64,000 nucleotides of DNA, from IMG/VR virus record IMGVR_UViG_3300033070_001087, positions 16,177 through 80,176 of that record. One strand, 5' to 3'. Made by a program: the position numbers and the translations under genes. The notes under the pieces are model-generated. The model ran no database searches and had not been told where the DNA came from. It worked only from the letters and a program-made list of their open reading frames with translations. Positions 10,766 through 21,101 of this stretch are shown here, piece after piece; within the stretch, counting starts at the first letter, position 1; the number at the start of each line of letters is the position of its first letter. The stretch is from a virus. Its lineage: Duplodnaviria; Heunggongvirae; Uroviricota; Caudoviricetes.

Positions 10766-11311
10766 TTATTGGTTTATCATGCATTCTGATTTATTGTCCA
10801 TTTTAGCTGCTAATCTTGCTTTCATACCTAAAGTTAATACTTTTCTATTACCATCTTTATCAATAAAATACTCATTTTTTATTTTTTTAGGTACTTTTTT
10901 ATAATAACTTTTTGGTTTTTTTGGTCTTCCTTTCTTCCTTTTTCTCTTTTTAATAGTCTTTACTTCTTTTTTTTCTATTGGATTTCTTATTATTCCTTCT
11001 CCTCCCTCACTTGAATTTGTTAAATTAAATCCTAATTCTTTATAATATTTAATGTAATATTTCTCTGCTTCTTGCCAACTTTCTTCTTTTACTTCCTCAA
11101 TTAAAGTAATTAGAATATTATTTAAATTTAATAATTCTTTTCTAATCCAATTATTTTTATAAGAGCAATTTTTCTTTTTACCTATAGCTTCGCTTATATG
11201 TTGTTTTAATCTACGCTTTAATTCTCCAGCAGTTTTTCCAATATAACGATAATTATCTGGATAATTTGAATTACTTAAAGCATAGATCTTAACTAATTTT
11301 TCTTCTTCCAT
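10766..11311 (-). CDS. GIY-YIG homing endonuclease (free-standing)
   Basis: KIYAL...YRYIGKT GIY-YIG core. Lys-rich DNA-binding tail. Inserted between portal and scaffold genes. Confidence 0.65.
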   Translation of the reverse strand: MEEEKLVKIYALSNSNYPDNYRYIGKTAGELKRRLKQHISEAIGKKKNCSYKNNWIRKELLNLNNILITLIEEVKEESWQEAEKYYIKYYKELGFNLTNSSEGGEGIIRNPIEKKEVKTIKKRKRKKGRPKKPKSYYKKVPKKIKNEYFIDKDGNRKVLTLGMKARLAAKMDNKSECMINQ

Positions 11312-13914
11312 TACTTTTTCTTACTAGTTGCTTTCGGTTTAGGTTTCATGCGAGCAATTTGTTTTTGTGCAGCAATTTTAGCTAATTCAATTTCTCTGTC
11401 TTTTTCAGCCTCAGAAGACTCATGTTTTCTATTTTTAGCTGCTTCATTTGATTCATGTTGCATCTTAGCTTTCTCTTTAACAACTTCTAAAGTATCAGGT
11501 ATTTCATTGTTATTAACATCCTGAGCTTTAGCAAATCTTTCAGATTCCATTTGAGCTTTAGCAAGTTCAGTTTCAGCTTTAAGTAAAGCCAATTCTTTCT
11601 CATGTGCTTGCTCATCTTCTCTTGCATCAATTTGCATTTGAACCATTTTTTCTTCTGAAGCTTGTTGAGCTTGTTGCATTTGTTCTTCACGTTTTTCTCT
11701 TTTACGTTTAGAAGCTTTTAACTCTCTTTTCAATTCAGACATACTATCAGCATTCAAGATTTCAATTAAGTCATCTATATCTATTTTATCATTTTGTAAT
11801 AATGGTTGAGTAAGTTGTCTTAATTCTTGGAATACTTGGTAGTCCTTAGAGTTATCTGAATTAAAGATACCATATGAAGCATTATTAAATACTTCTTCAT
11901 CTATTTCTAATACTTTTCTTGATCCATCATTTAAAACAAATTGTGTAATTAGTGGTTTTCTTTTATAAGCTACTTCAGCTACTTCAATCAATCCAGTTTT
12001 AATTTCTCTCCATAAGTTATCATGAACCATAAACAATGGTTCAGTAATATAAGAAGATTGCATAATAGATTGTTGATTATTTGTTACTGCTTCATATGGA
12101 GCAGAAGAACCTTCTCTTGCTTTAGTAACACCAGCTGCATCTGAAATTTGTTCATCAAAATAAGCAAGGATTTGCACAAAGTTTAAAACATGTTGAATAC
12201 TTGATGCATCAATTGTTTCTATACCTGGTCTTGTAGAAGAACCTGGATTCTCTCCACCTTGTAAACCATTATATACATAATAACCTGCTTGTTCTAAAAA
12301 GTGAATAGTTTTTTCAATTGGAAAGTTAGGATCAATTCTTGAAGTATCAATACCAACTAATTGACCTTTATCTTTAGCAATTAAAGACTTAAGTCTATCC
12401 ATACCAATTAATAATAAGTATTGCCATGGTTTCATTCTATCCATTGTAGACTGAGATGTAGCATTCATATTATTATATACTACTCCATAGTAACCTAATT
12501 TAACTTTATATGGATTATCTAAAGAATAATGTTGATTAGGTTTTGGACCTACATTAACAAATATATCAGTATCTATTCTAACAGCTTCCCATACTTCTGG
12601 AATCCATTCCCATTCTAATGAAAAATTATCCCATTCATAACAAATATAAGGATTATTATTTTCATCTTTATATTCACACCTTTTAGCATATTTAGGTACT
12701 TCAAAACTTTCATCTACTTTCATCATTTGATCTTCACCATTTTCATCAGTAAATGATAAAAAACCTACTTCTCTTTGAGATACCCATTCTAAATGAATAA
12801 CTTCTATATCATCATAAAAGCTAGGTCCATAAGATCCGAATCGAGCATAATATCTACCTTGTTCTGCAAATTTATATTCATATGTATCAAGATCTCCATA
12901 TTTCATACTAGGTGATATAAGACTAGAATCAGCACCATCTATTTTAGATGAATACCTATCTTCTAAAATATCTTTTTGATCTTCTGTAAGATCATCACAA
13001 AATTTATCTAATACATCTCCAATTGTCATAAATGTTCTATAGCCTGCATATAGGCCATCCTGAATATATTTTACTTCAGGTGATTTATGAAAAAACATTT
13101 TTAATGGATTTAAAACTTCCACTACTGGTTCTCCATTTACTATTCCAATCCACACATGTTCTTCACCTGATATATTTCCATGTTTAAATCCATCATTTTT
13201 TTTCTCTTTAATGTTTTCTTTATAGTATAGGTAATTAAGCAAGTCACCTGCTAATATCTCTTTTGCATCAAGATAAGTCTCAGCCATATACTTTTCAATT
13301 TGCTCAGGATCCATAACACTATCAACCATTTGTTGGATTTCTTGTTCTTGTTCCTGCATAGCTTGTTGATAAGCTTCTTGAGACTGATAAGCTTCTGGAT
13401 TTATTTCTGGAAATTGTTTTTTAACTTTTAGTATCTCTTGCTGTAAAGCTGTATTAATTGATTCACGATACAGTTTATTCTTATATTCTGCTTTGGATTT
13501 AATACCTTCTGCATTTACAAGAACTACTTTTTGGTTATCGGGTCTTTTATATTCTTCACCTAACAAAACATTAATTTTATTATACGTTTTATTATAAGCT
13601 TTAATATCATGAGTAATTGCACCTACTTCTTTTTTGATTCCTAATGAATCACAATATTCAACAAAATCTTGTTGATCTAATTGGTTGTTATATAATCGAT
13701 AATTTGATAGCATATTTTTTAGTCGTCTATGCTGCCAATTCATTCCATTATAGGTATTATCATCATTATGTCCTGTTTTATGTTCATCACATGTTAAACA
13801 AAAATCTTCTTGATGATATCTAACAATTGAATTTACAAATTGTCTTACTTTCTCAAAATCATTTTCTGATTTCTGAGAATAAGATAATCTTTGTTTTGGG
13901 AAAAAGGTTCTCAT
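11311..13914 (-). CDS. portal protein (putative)
   Basis: 867 aa. Immediately downstream of the large terminase. C-terminal charged coiled-coil tail. Confidence 0.45.
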   Translation of the reverse strand: MRTFFPKQRLSYSQKSENDFEKVRQFVNSIVRYHQEDFCLTCDEHKTGHNDDNTYNGMNWQHRRLKNMLSNYRLYNNQLDQQDFVEYCDSLGIKKEVGAITHDIKAYNKTYNKINVLLGEEYKRPDNQKVVLVNAEGIKSKAEYKNKLYRESINTALQQEILKVKKQFPEINPEAYQSQEAYQQAMQEQEQEIQQMVDSVMDPEQIEKYMAETYLDAKEILAGDLLNYLYYKENIKEKKNDGFKHGNISGEEHVWIGIVNGEPVVEVLNPLKMFFHKSPEVKYIQDGLYAGYRTFMTIGDVLDKFCDDLTEDQKDILEDRYSSKIDGADSSLISPSMKYGDLDTYEYKFAEQGRYYARFGSYGPSFYDDIEVIHLEWVSQREVGFLSFTDENGEDQMMKVDESFEVPKYAKRCEYKDENNNPYICYEWDNFSLEWEWIPEVWEAVRIDTDIFVNVGPKPNQHYSLDNPYKVKLGYYGVVYNNMNATSQSTMDRMKPWQYLLLIGMDRLKSLIAKDKGQLVGIDTSRIDPNFPIEKTIHFLEQAGYYVYNGLQGGENPGSSTRPGIETIDASSIQHVLNFVQILAYFDEQISDAAGVTKAREGSSAPYEAVTNNQQSIMQSSYITEPLFMVHDNLWREIKTGLIEVAEVAYKRKPLITQFVLNDGSRKVLEIDEEVFNNASYGIFNSDNSKDYQVFQELRQLTQPLLQNDKIDIDDLIEILNADSMSELKRELKASKRKREKREEQMQQAQQASEEKMVQMQIDAREDEQAHEKELALLKAETELAKAQMESERFAKAQDVNNNEIPDTLEVVKEKAKMQHESNEAAKNRKHESSEAEKDREIELAKIAAQKQIARMKPKPKATSKKK

Positions 13915-13916
13915 AC

Positions 13917-16172
13917 TTAATATATATATTGTTCTCTTTTGTTGTTTTTAAATAATTTAGAGTTATTAAAAATAAAATCCATAGGATCTTTATCTCCTTT
14001 CTCTTTTTCATAAGGATTGTAAATTTCTTCTAATCGAATTACACAACCCATTAATGCCATAACTCGGTCAAAATTTCCTTTCCTATTATAAGCTATTAAT
14101 TCTTCAATTAATGGTTTAGAAGTTAAATAATCTATATTAGTTAATTCTAAGCCAGTATTATCATCTACTCCTCTTCTTTCACCTAACCAATCATATAGAT
14201 ATTGTTCACCAATACCTTTCATTGTGTCAGAACTCATAGAATAACCAAACTTACGTCCAGCCATATTAGAGCTTTGTAAATGTCTAGCAATAGTTGTATA
14301 TGGTGGAGGACATAATAAATCTAATCTTTTTCTCTTAGTAAAGAAGGGTCTTACTTCACCTCGATCATTTTCAAAATTGATTTTTGCATTATAATATAAT
14401 GCTAATTTTTCTAAGTTATAATTGTATTCATCCATACCACCTGGATCAGGTCTACCAACATATTCAGCTACTATTTCATCATGACCAAATCCTTGTAATC
14501 CTAATTTTTTAGTCTTAAGTACATAAGATGCACCTAATGATTTACCACCTTCAGCATTAATACCCCAAGGGTCATGACCTATAATATATAAATCATCTGG
14601 TATATTTCCTTTATATTCTATAGGAGGTTCATACATTATAATACATCCTTGAGTATCTTCATTTGGTTTTAATGGATAATTTAATAATGGTTTTAATTGT
14701 TCTTTTAAATCAGGTACCCAAGTAATCTTACCATCTATTTCAGCAAGCTCTCCTGGAGTTCCTAAATATTTAAAATTATCATCTGATTTAAGTTTAGATA
14801 ATCTTGCATATAATTCAGCAGTCTGAAATACATTTCCCTCAGTTACTAAGAAAGCTTCTGAAGGTGTCTTACATTTTTGAGTTAAAGCAGCGTTATATGC
14901 TTTCTTATCTGAACCTCTTTTAGAATCTCTTTCAATATCTAAATTATATTCAGCAACCCATCTATGTGCATTACCATTTTTATCAACTCCTTCAAATAAA
15001 GTTCCATCAATTACTAATTCACCAGGTCTAAACCACATTTCATCAACAAACCAACCACATTTACCATTGACATCTGTTTTCTCATAAATGTTTTGATACT
15101 CAGCTAATCCATATTTTTTAGGATTATAAAACATATCAGCAAAATCTTGTGTTGCTCCACTCATATCACCACCTGTACCGAATATAATAGGTATACCAAT
15201 CATACGATCACCATCTCTAAATAGTGGTTCTGACATAGTATAAGCAGTCTTTAGATTTTGAAATAAACCAGCCTCTTCAAATATCATACGAGTCGCTGAC
15301 TTACCTACTGATTTAAAAGCTGAATTTTTAAAAGTCATAATCTTTATAATAGATTTATAACCTTTTTCAATTTGGATACCATTGGCATCCTTTTCAATAT
15401 AACCAGATTTTATTTCATCTTGTCTATTGATAATTCTTGGATGTCTAAACTCAGTAAATTCATTTAAGAAGTTTGACATCTCAAGAGCCATACTCATAGT
15501 TGCATTTGCAAATTCTTCTAAATAAGAAGCTATGATAATAAATGATTCTTTAAAGAATGTATATTTCCATAAAGCACCTGCTGCATTTTTAAAGGAATAA
15601 CCCTTTCTACGTGATTTAGCACATATCATTCCTTTTTTTGCTGAACTAGGTAATCCATACTTTTGTGGATTTTCATTTTTTTCTAGCTCTAAGAACCAAT
15701 AGTAATCCATTGAACAGAAATCAGGAAAATCTAATCTTTTGATTTCTTCACCTGTTCTCTCATCTTTAGCATACTTTCTAATTCTAGTAAAGTTTAAATA
15801 GAAATAGTGTTCACCTGTAATTTTAACACCACAGGGAACACCATTTAAAGTTGGCTCATACCCATTAATACATCTATTTCGTTGTGTTTCCCAATACTCG
15901 TTGTATTGAATTGTTCCTTCTATTGCATTTGTATATGAAGGTTGTAAGTTTGTACCCTTACATGCTTTTAAGGATCTATTGAAATCATTTGCAGCTGGAG
16001 AAAATAGAGATGAATCATGAAATTTAAGGTACATCCATTGTGTATTCCTAACCGGATTGGATATGGACATCTCTGAGATGTTACCATTTACTGATTTTGG
16101 AATCTCCTTATATAACATTTCATCTGACCATTCAGATGCTACTTCTGGTAATATGTATGAGCCTTTTATCAT
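13917..16172 (-). CDS. terminase large subunit (putative)
   Basis: 751 aa. Walker-A-like AKSRRKGYS matches the terminase KSRRxG(S/T) pattern. Acidic residues later in the nuclease region. Synteny with the portal. Confidence 0.5.
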   Translation of the reverse strand: MIKGSYILPEVASEWSDEMLYKEIPKSVNGNISEMSISNPVRNTQWMYLKFHDSSLFSPAANDFNRSLKACKGTNLQPSYTNAIEGTIQYNEYWETQRNRCINGYEPTLNGVPCGVKITGEHYFYLNFTRIRKYAKDERTGEEIKRLDFPDFCSMDYYWFLELEKNENPQKYGLPSSAKKGMICAKSRRKGYSFKNAAGALWKYTFFKESFIIIASYLEEFANATMSMALEMSNFLNEFTEFRHPRIINRQDEIKSGYIEKDANGIQIEKGYKSIIKIMTFKNSAFKSVGKSATRMIFEEAGLFQNLKTAYTMSEPLFRDGDRMIGIPIIFGTGGDMSGATQDFADMFYNPKKYGLAEYQNIYEKTDVNGKCGWFVDEMWFRPGELVIDGTLFEGVDKNGNAHRWVAEYNLDIERDSKRGSDKKAYNAALTQKCKTPSEAFLVTEGNVFQTAELYARLSKLKSDDNFKYLGTPGELAEIDGKITWVPDLKEQLKPLLNYPLKPNEDTQGCIIMYEPPIEYKGNIPDDLYIIGHDPWGINAEGGKSLGASYVLKTKKLGLQGFGHDEIVAEYVGRPDPGGMDEYNYNLEKLALYYNAKINFENDRGEVRPFFTKRKRLDLLCPPPYTTIARHLQSSNMAGRKFGYSMSSDTMKGIGEQYLYDWLGERRGVDDNTGLELTNIDYLTSKPLIEELIAYNRKGNFDRVMALMGCVIRLEEIYNPYEKEKGDKDPMDFIFNNSKLFKNNKREQYIY

Positions 16173-16334
16173 TATAATTTATAATATTCATTTAAAGCAC
16201 TTTGTAAATTTTCTAAAATTTCTAATTTATTATTTATTTCACTTTGAGTAAATTTATCTATTCCTTGTGTCATTTTTAATCTACTTTGCAATTCATAAAT
16301 TATTATTGTTAATTCATCTAATCTACTTAACATA

Positions 16335-16856
16335 TTAATCATTTAATATACTTGATGGTCTTATTCCACCTTTTATTTTTCTTGTTGTTTCTAATTCTTT
16401 CTCAGAAATTTCTTTCAATTTAATATAAGACTGAGCATATTTTTCATACTTCTCTATTGTGTTACCTATTTGATTCATTTCTCTAGCATCTGCTGCATCT
16501 AAATTTTCTAATGTTTTGTTTAGCTTATCTAGTGCAATTGATACTGATTTAAATGATCTTGTAATAGGAGTCTCAATTAACATCTTATATTTATCAATAG
16601 CATCTTGAATAATTGGTGTTGGTTTCCAGCCTTCTTCTTCCTGAAAGTAATCATGAATGATAACTTTTTCTCTTGTATCTTGAGACAATTTAGCATATAC
16701 AGATTTAGGATCAGCCATATGATAAACATAAATCAACTCTTTAGTTGCTACTATTTTATCTTTAGATTTATCTGCATTCCATATATTTAACATCTCAGGT
16801 ATAAAAAGACCTTCAGGAGTTATTCTTGGTATGTTATTAATTATTGTAAATATCAT
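16335..16856 (-). CDS. hypothetical protein (position consistent with small terminase)
   Basis: 173-aa ORF upstream of the large terminase. No motif support. Confidence 0.3.
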   Translation of the reverse strand: MIFTIINNIPRITPEGLFIPEMLNIWNADKSKDKIVATKELIYVYHMADPKSVYAKLSQDTREKVIIHDYFQEEEGWKPTPIIQDAIDKYKMLIETPITRSFKSVSIALDKLNKTLENLDAADAREMNQIGNTIEKYEKYAQSYIKLKEISEKELETTRKIKGGIRPSSILND

Positions 16857-17105
16857 TTAGTTATTTGCTAGTATTAATTCTGCTTTATCATCTAAATGGA
16901 TTCTAACTTCTAACAGTTTAGAGTTAAGATAACCTCTATCTTCAGCTTCTAAGATTAAGCAGCTTCCACTTATTGATTCTTTTAATTTAATTTTGAATTT
17001 AATATTATTCCAATCAAAAGCCATTCCATTATAATCTAAATTGCTTACAACTAAATCAGTCTCTTCAATTGTTCTAATTTTTTTTGTTTGATTATACTTT
17101 ATCAT
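16857..17105 (-). CDS. hypothetical protein
   Basis: 82-aa ORF in the same operon. Confidence 0.3.
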   Translation of the reverse strand: MIKYNQTKKIRTIEETDLVVSNLDYNGMAFDWNNIKFKIKLKESISGSCLILEAEDRGYLNSKLLEVRIHLDDKAELILANN

Positions 17106-17415
17106 CTAATTGAATTTCAATATTATTTTCCTGTTTAAACTTCTCCCAATCTTCAGCTTTTAACATCATATCAGGCCATCTTTTTCCTTTGCATTGCTGA
17201 TCAGCAAACCATTTTCCAGGTACACTACACCCACAATATAAACATTTAGATTCTTTAAAACAATCTTGACATTTACTTGATCTATAGTATACCTGTTCTT
17301 GAATGTGTTTACTTAAACGCAAATACTTGGTAGTATACCTACCAAGTGAATCTGCGAACATTCTAAAGTTTCCTTGAACAAATTGTTTTATATTATTCCA
17401 AGTTATTTCTGCCAT
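17092..17415 (-). CDS. Cys-rich zinc-ribbon-like protein
   Basis: CQDCF...CLYCGC...QQCKGK cysteine cluster. Confidence 0.35.
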   Translation of the reverse strand: MAEITWNNIKQFVQGNFRMFADSLGRYTTKYLRLSKHIQEQVYYRSSKCQDCFKESKCLYCGCSVPGKWFADQQCKGKRWPDMMLKAEDWEKFKQENNIEIQLDDKV

Positions 17416-18074
17416 TATTTTACTATATTTTCAATTACAAATTCAGGTATAATAAAGTAATTGTCAAAATCATTTGTTACATTATCCTTATGAATCCATC
17501 TCTGCATTCTTCCTGGATTGAAAGCTGTTGGATCTACCTCTACAATTGTACCTGGTGTTACCTTAGCTTTAAAATTCTCCGTACAAGTATCTGATACTTG
17601 GATTACTACTCCTTTATCTTGAAACTGCATATGATCTGGTAATTGTTCTACATTCTTTCTCATCTCTGATTTAGATAAAACTTCATGAGTTCTACCACCT
17701 GTATACATACCTGCTGAATTATATAACTTTAATCTTAACATTCTTACTAGAACTTTAGGTCCTAACAAGATGATCTTGTCTGCAGCTGGATCCCTCTCTG
17801 AATAGAGTTTATCATTTTGCTCATCTATTTTTTTATTGTGTGCTAAACCATCTGATAAACCATTACCAATTACTTGATAATCATTTTCTGATGTAAAAAT
17901 CCTTTTTTCAGGTACAATAATATCTGCTAAGTCACCAAAGCTTTCTGATTTGAAAGCACTTTCCTTTGCTGGTATAATACCATCTTTAGTTATTGTTGTT
18001 GTTGTCAATCCTGTTTTTCTAATCTTTGTATCATTAACGCCTTTTCCGTTAATCTTTGTATTGTTTGAAGCCAT
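17415..18074 (-). CDS. hypothetical protein
   Basis: 219-aa ORF. Its stop overlaps the start of the next gene. Confidence 0.35.
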   Translation of the reverse strand: MASNNTKINGKGVNDTKIRKTGLTTTTITKDGIIPAKESAFKSESFGDLADIIVPEKRIFTSENDYQVIGNGLSDGLAHNKKIDEQNDKLYSERDPAADKIILLGPKVLVRMLRLKLYNSAGMYTGGRTHEVLSKSEMRKNVEQLPDHMQFQDKGVVIQVSDTCTENFKAKVTPGTIVEVDPTAFNPGRMQRWIHKDNVTNDFDNYFIIPEFVIENIVK

Positions 18075-18384
18075 GTATTGTTTTGTGTTCTGATTTGTTT
18101 AAATCCTGTTTTAACTTTTGATAATCTCCTTTTACAACTATAGGTCCATAAAGATCATGCATTATACTTGTATAACCTTTGATGAATCTTCCTTTATCAT
18201 TATAATAAGGTTGAAAATCATGAACTTTTGTTAAGTCCCGAACTTGCCAAGGAACTTCCAGCTTTCTTTTAACTGGAATTTTAAAAGTAATCCTTTCAAG
18301 TTCTCCATTCTCATTTATAACCTCTTCTTCTGTTTCTTTAAAAAGGTCTACTACTTTTATGAATTCATACTCATTTAAGTACAT
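18049..18384 (-). CDS. hypothetical protein
   Basis: 111-aa ORF. Confidence 0.3.
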   Translation of the reverse strand: MYLNEYEFIKVVDLFKETEEEVINENGELERITFKIPVKRKLEVPWQVRDLTKVHDFQPYYNDKGRFIKGYTSIMHDLYGPIVVKGDYQKLKQDLNKSEHKTIHGFKQYKD

Positions 18385-18683
18385 ATCTTTTGCTTTATTA
18401 TTTCATTTCTTAAGTTCCATAGTTTGGTAACTATCTCAACTGTAAATTCTCTGGTTGTTTTACCTGCTTTATAATACCTAAGATATTTCATTATCTCAGC
18501 ATTAGTTTTGCTTAGTGAACCTGAAAATGTACCGAAATTGTGTATCAAGATAGGATCTGTTCTTCTCTCTCTTTCATGCATAGCTATGTATGAGAAGTTA
18601 TGTCGTATTACTTTCTCAACTAGTTCCTCTGATACACCATGTTTTTCAGCAACTCTTTTATACAAATCTGATATATTCCTCAT
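18375..18683 (-). CDS. hypothetical protein
   Basis: 102-aa ORF. Confidence 0.3.
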   Translation of the reverse strand: MRNISDLYKRVAEKHGVSEELVEKVIRHNFSYIAMHERERRTDPILIHNFGTFSGSLSKTNAEIMKYLRYYKAGKTTREFTVEIVTKLWNLRNEIIKQKICT

Positions 18684-18891
18684 ATTTATCTACAACTGTT
18701 ATGATATATCCGTGGTATTCTTCCATTTCTCGCTCTTCTCCCAAGCCTCTTTCATATTTTAAAGCGTTATAAGAAATCCGGTCCAATACTAGGAAATCAC
18801 TTGCTGGTTGTTTTAAAGCAGCTTTGTCTTTTAACATCTCTCTTTCTTTGATATCTATTTTATCCAAGATGTTAACCATATCGTCAATCAT
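18658..18891 (-). CDS. hypothetical protein
   Basis: 77-aa ORF. Confidence 0.3.
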   Translation of the reverse strand: MIDDMVNILDKIDIKEREMLKDKAALKQPASDFLVLDRISYNALKYERGLGEEREMEEYHGYIITVVDKYEEYIRFV

Positions 18892-19255
18892 TTATTTTAA
18901 ATTTAAAATTTAATTCTAACTCATTTACTTCTAATAATTTATTTATCATTCTATTTAGTGAGCTGATATTATCAGAATCTTTTTCAATATATCCTTTCTT
19001 TTTAAGATCCTTAATGTATCGCTCAAGATTTGGTTTAGTTATTTTCAAAGTATCAGCAACCTTGTCTTTTGCTATTTTTCCAAATCTATTGTATTTAAAT
19101 TTCTCATCTGTTAGTTCCATAAACTCGATTAACACTTTTCTTTCATTTTCTGTTAATCTTCTTTCTTTTGGATAGTTTGAACCTAACATAATAAGAAAAG
19201 TATCATAAAAATCTTTTCGAGTTAATGATCTCTCTAAAACTCCTCCTGTTTTCAT
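18884..19255 (-). CDS. winged-helix/HTH DNA-binding regulator (putative)
   Basis: VADTLKITKPNLERYIKDLKKKGYIE is an HTH-like segment. It is the first gene of the minus-strand operon, next to the divergent regulatory region. Confidence 0.4.
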   Translation of the reverse strand: MKTGGVLERSLTRKDFYDTFLIMLGSNYPKERRLTENERKVLIEFMELTDEKFKYNRFGKIAKDKVADTLKITKPNLERYIKDLKKKGYIEKDSDNISSLNRMINKLLEVNELELNFKFKIND

Positions 19256-19824
19256 TGTGTTGCAAAGATAATACTTTTTATTTTAATGTGCTGGAAAAAT
19301 AAATAAAAATTATTTAATTTCCAAAAGACCCTTAATTCTCTCTATGTCTTCTTTAGTAATCTCATCTTTCTTTAGGATCCTAGTAATCTCCCATACTATA
19401 ATTGGACTTCTAAGTCGATCTTCTATTTCTTTCTTCTCTAAATCTGTGTAAATTTCTTTCATATCTTTCTTATTGATATACCAATCCCCTTACGAATCGG
19501 CTTCGTTTTAATAGGTAGTAACCATTAAACTAAGATTTTCATTTAAACTGTACGTCAGCAAATTTGCCTACACCCACTTGGAAACTTAATCTCTCTGTTA
19601 ATTCAGAAGACAATACTTATATCTAATGCTCCAACTTTAAACTTATATCTTAGTCATTTTTGCAATTAGAGGAGAAAACTCTGGATCTATTTAACCCTAC
19701 AATCCTCTGTCTATGCCTAGTGGTCTATAATCTCTTATCCTGCTAGGCTGTACTACTCTTACTGCTGTATTTGTAGATTGCAGTGCAAAGATACGAAAAA
19801 AAAACTAATTATCCAAATTTTTTG

Positions 19825-19841
19825 CGTTAACAAATTGTTAA
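19825..19841. promoter_or_regulatory. operator-like inverted repeat GTTAACAAaTTGTTAAG in divergent intergenic region
   Basis: An 8-1-8 near-perfect palindrome seen directly in the sequence. It lies between the divergent minus- and plus-strand gene blocks. Confidence 0.35.
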
Positions 19842-19979
19842 GCTTTTGTTCTGTAAAATTTTTTATATTTTTTTTAAAAGTTGTGTGAGAGCGGATGCTG
19901 ATACCACCACAAACCAAACCCCCACATAAACTTGCACTGCAAGACAGGGGGGATAGCTAAAATACAAAATTAAATTGCA

Positions 19980-20630
19980 GTGTTTAACTCCAAAATTAAA
20001 ATCAAATATATGGAAGATACACAAAAAAAACAAGAAGAAACCAAAAACGACCGATTTATAGGAGTTTTGGCAGCACAAACAGCACTTAATAAAAGTGGTG
20101 TCATCTTAAAAGATAGTATTATCTTAGATGCTAAAGATGAGAACGCTATTGATAACGCATTTAATGAGTTATTTGGCGAAAATGGCAAATTGCCACAATC
20201 AGCACGATTCGCTGGTAGTACACAATCAATCTCAATGCCTGCGGACATATCAGATGAATTTGATGTGACAGTTGAAGGTACATTTGCATTGGACTACAAA
20301 TTAAGCAAAAATACAACAATTGCTGATAGAGAAAATGAAACTCTAAGAACGCAACCAATTGAAAGTATTAATGCTTCTGTTAAAGTTCCTGTTAAAACAC
20401 ATTTTAACAATAAAATGTATTCTATGAATTTAAACGTAACTCGTGAAAACATAGAAGAAGTTAAAGCATTGTTGAAAAATGGAACAGCAAAAGCTACTAC
20501 ATCACATTGGGAAGGTTTACCACCTCGCAAAGATGGTAGTTTGGTTGCTAAATTGGTTTTAACTCCAATTAACGCACCTGCACCAAAGATTGCTAACACA
20601 ACCGAAGCAAGTTTAACTACTGAATCTTAG
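19980..20630 (+). CDS. hypothetical protein (first gene of plus-strand block)
   Basis: 216-aa ORF. The true start is possibly the internal Met at about 20010. Confidence 0.4.
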   Translation: MFNSKIKIKYMEDTQKKQEETKNDRFIGVLAAQTALNKSGVILKDSIILDAKDENAIDNAFNELFGENGKLPQSARFAGSTQSISMPADISDEFDVTVEGTFALDYKLSKNTTIADRENETLRTQPIESINASVKVPVKTHFNNKMYSMNLNVTRENIEEVKALLKNGTAKATTSHWEGLPPRKDGSLVAKLVLTPINAPAPKIANTTEASLTTES

Positions 20631-21101
20631 TAGATTAAACAATCAATAACAGTTAAATAGCTATCCTCTCTGTTATTTTTTTAAGCAGAGCTATCTCACA
20701 GCGTGACAATAGTTCCATAATATATAAATATAAGGGTTTTTATGTTTCAGATTATTAGTGCAATACTAATAGTTGACTGATGAGTTATATAGGTACAAGA
20801 AAGAGTTTATTAAACAGCTTGGAGAGATTAAAACCAATGAAAGCATTGCGACTAATATCTTTCTGTACCTATATCATCAGTTTCTTACGAACAAGTGGCT
20901 TAATTGGTGTTTACCGTTGACTCACACGATGACTATCGAGGTCATTAGGTAAGCCTGCATTCATTGCGGGTGCAGGTGTTAATTTTTATTAGTTATTTGG
21001 GGTTATACGAGTCGTACCTGACCAACAAATCCAATAAACAAACAAATCCAAAAACCACAAAAACACACAATTTCCTCACAATATATAGCCAAACTTAACA
21101 A

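Noticed and set aside
19863-20599. Minus-strand ORFs 19863-20078, 19970-20248, 20161-20358 and 20294-20599
   Set aside because: They overlap the plus-strand 19980-20630 gene and the regulatory region on the opposite strand. Their translations are Cys and Phe-rich and low-complexity. Judged spurious.
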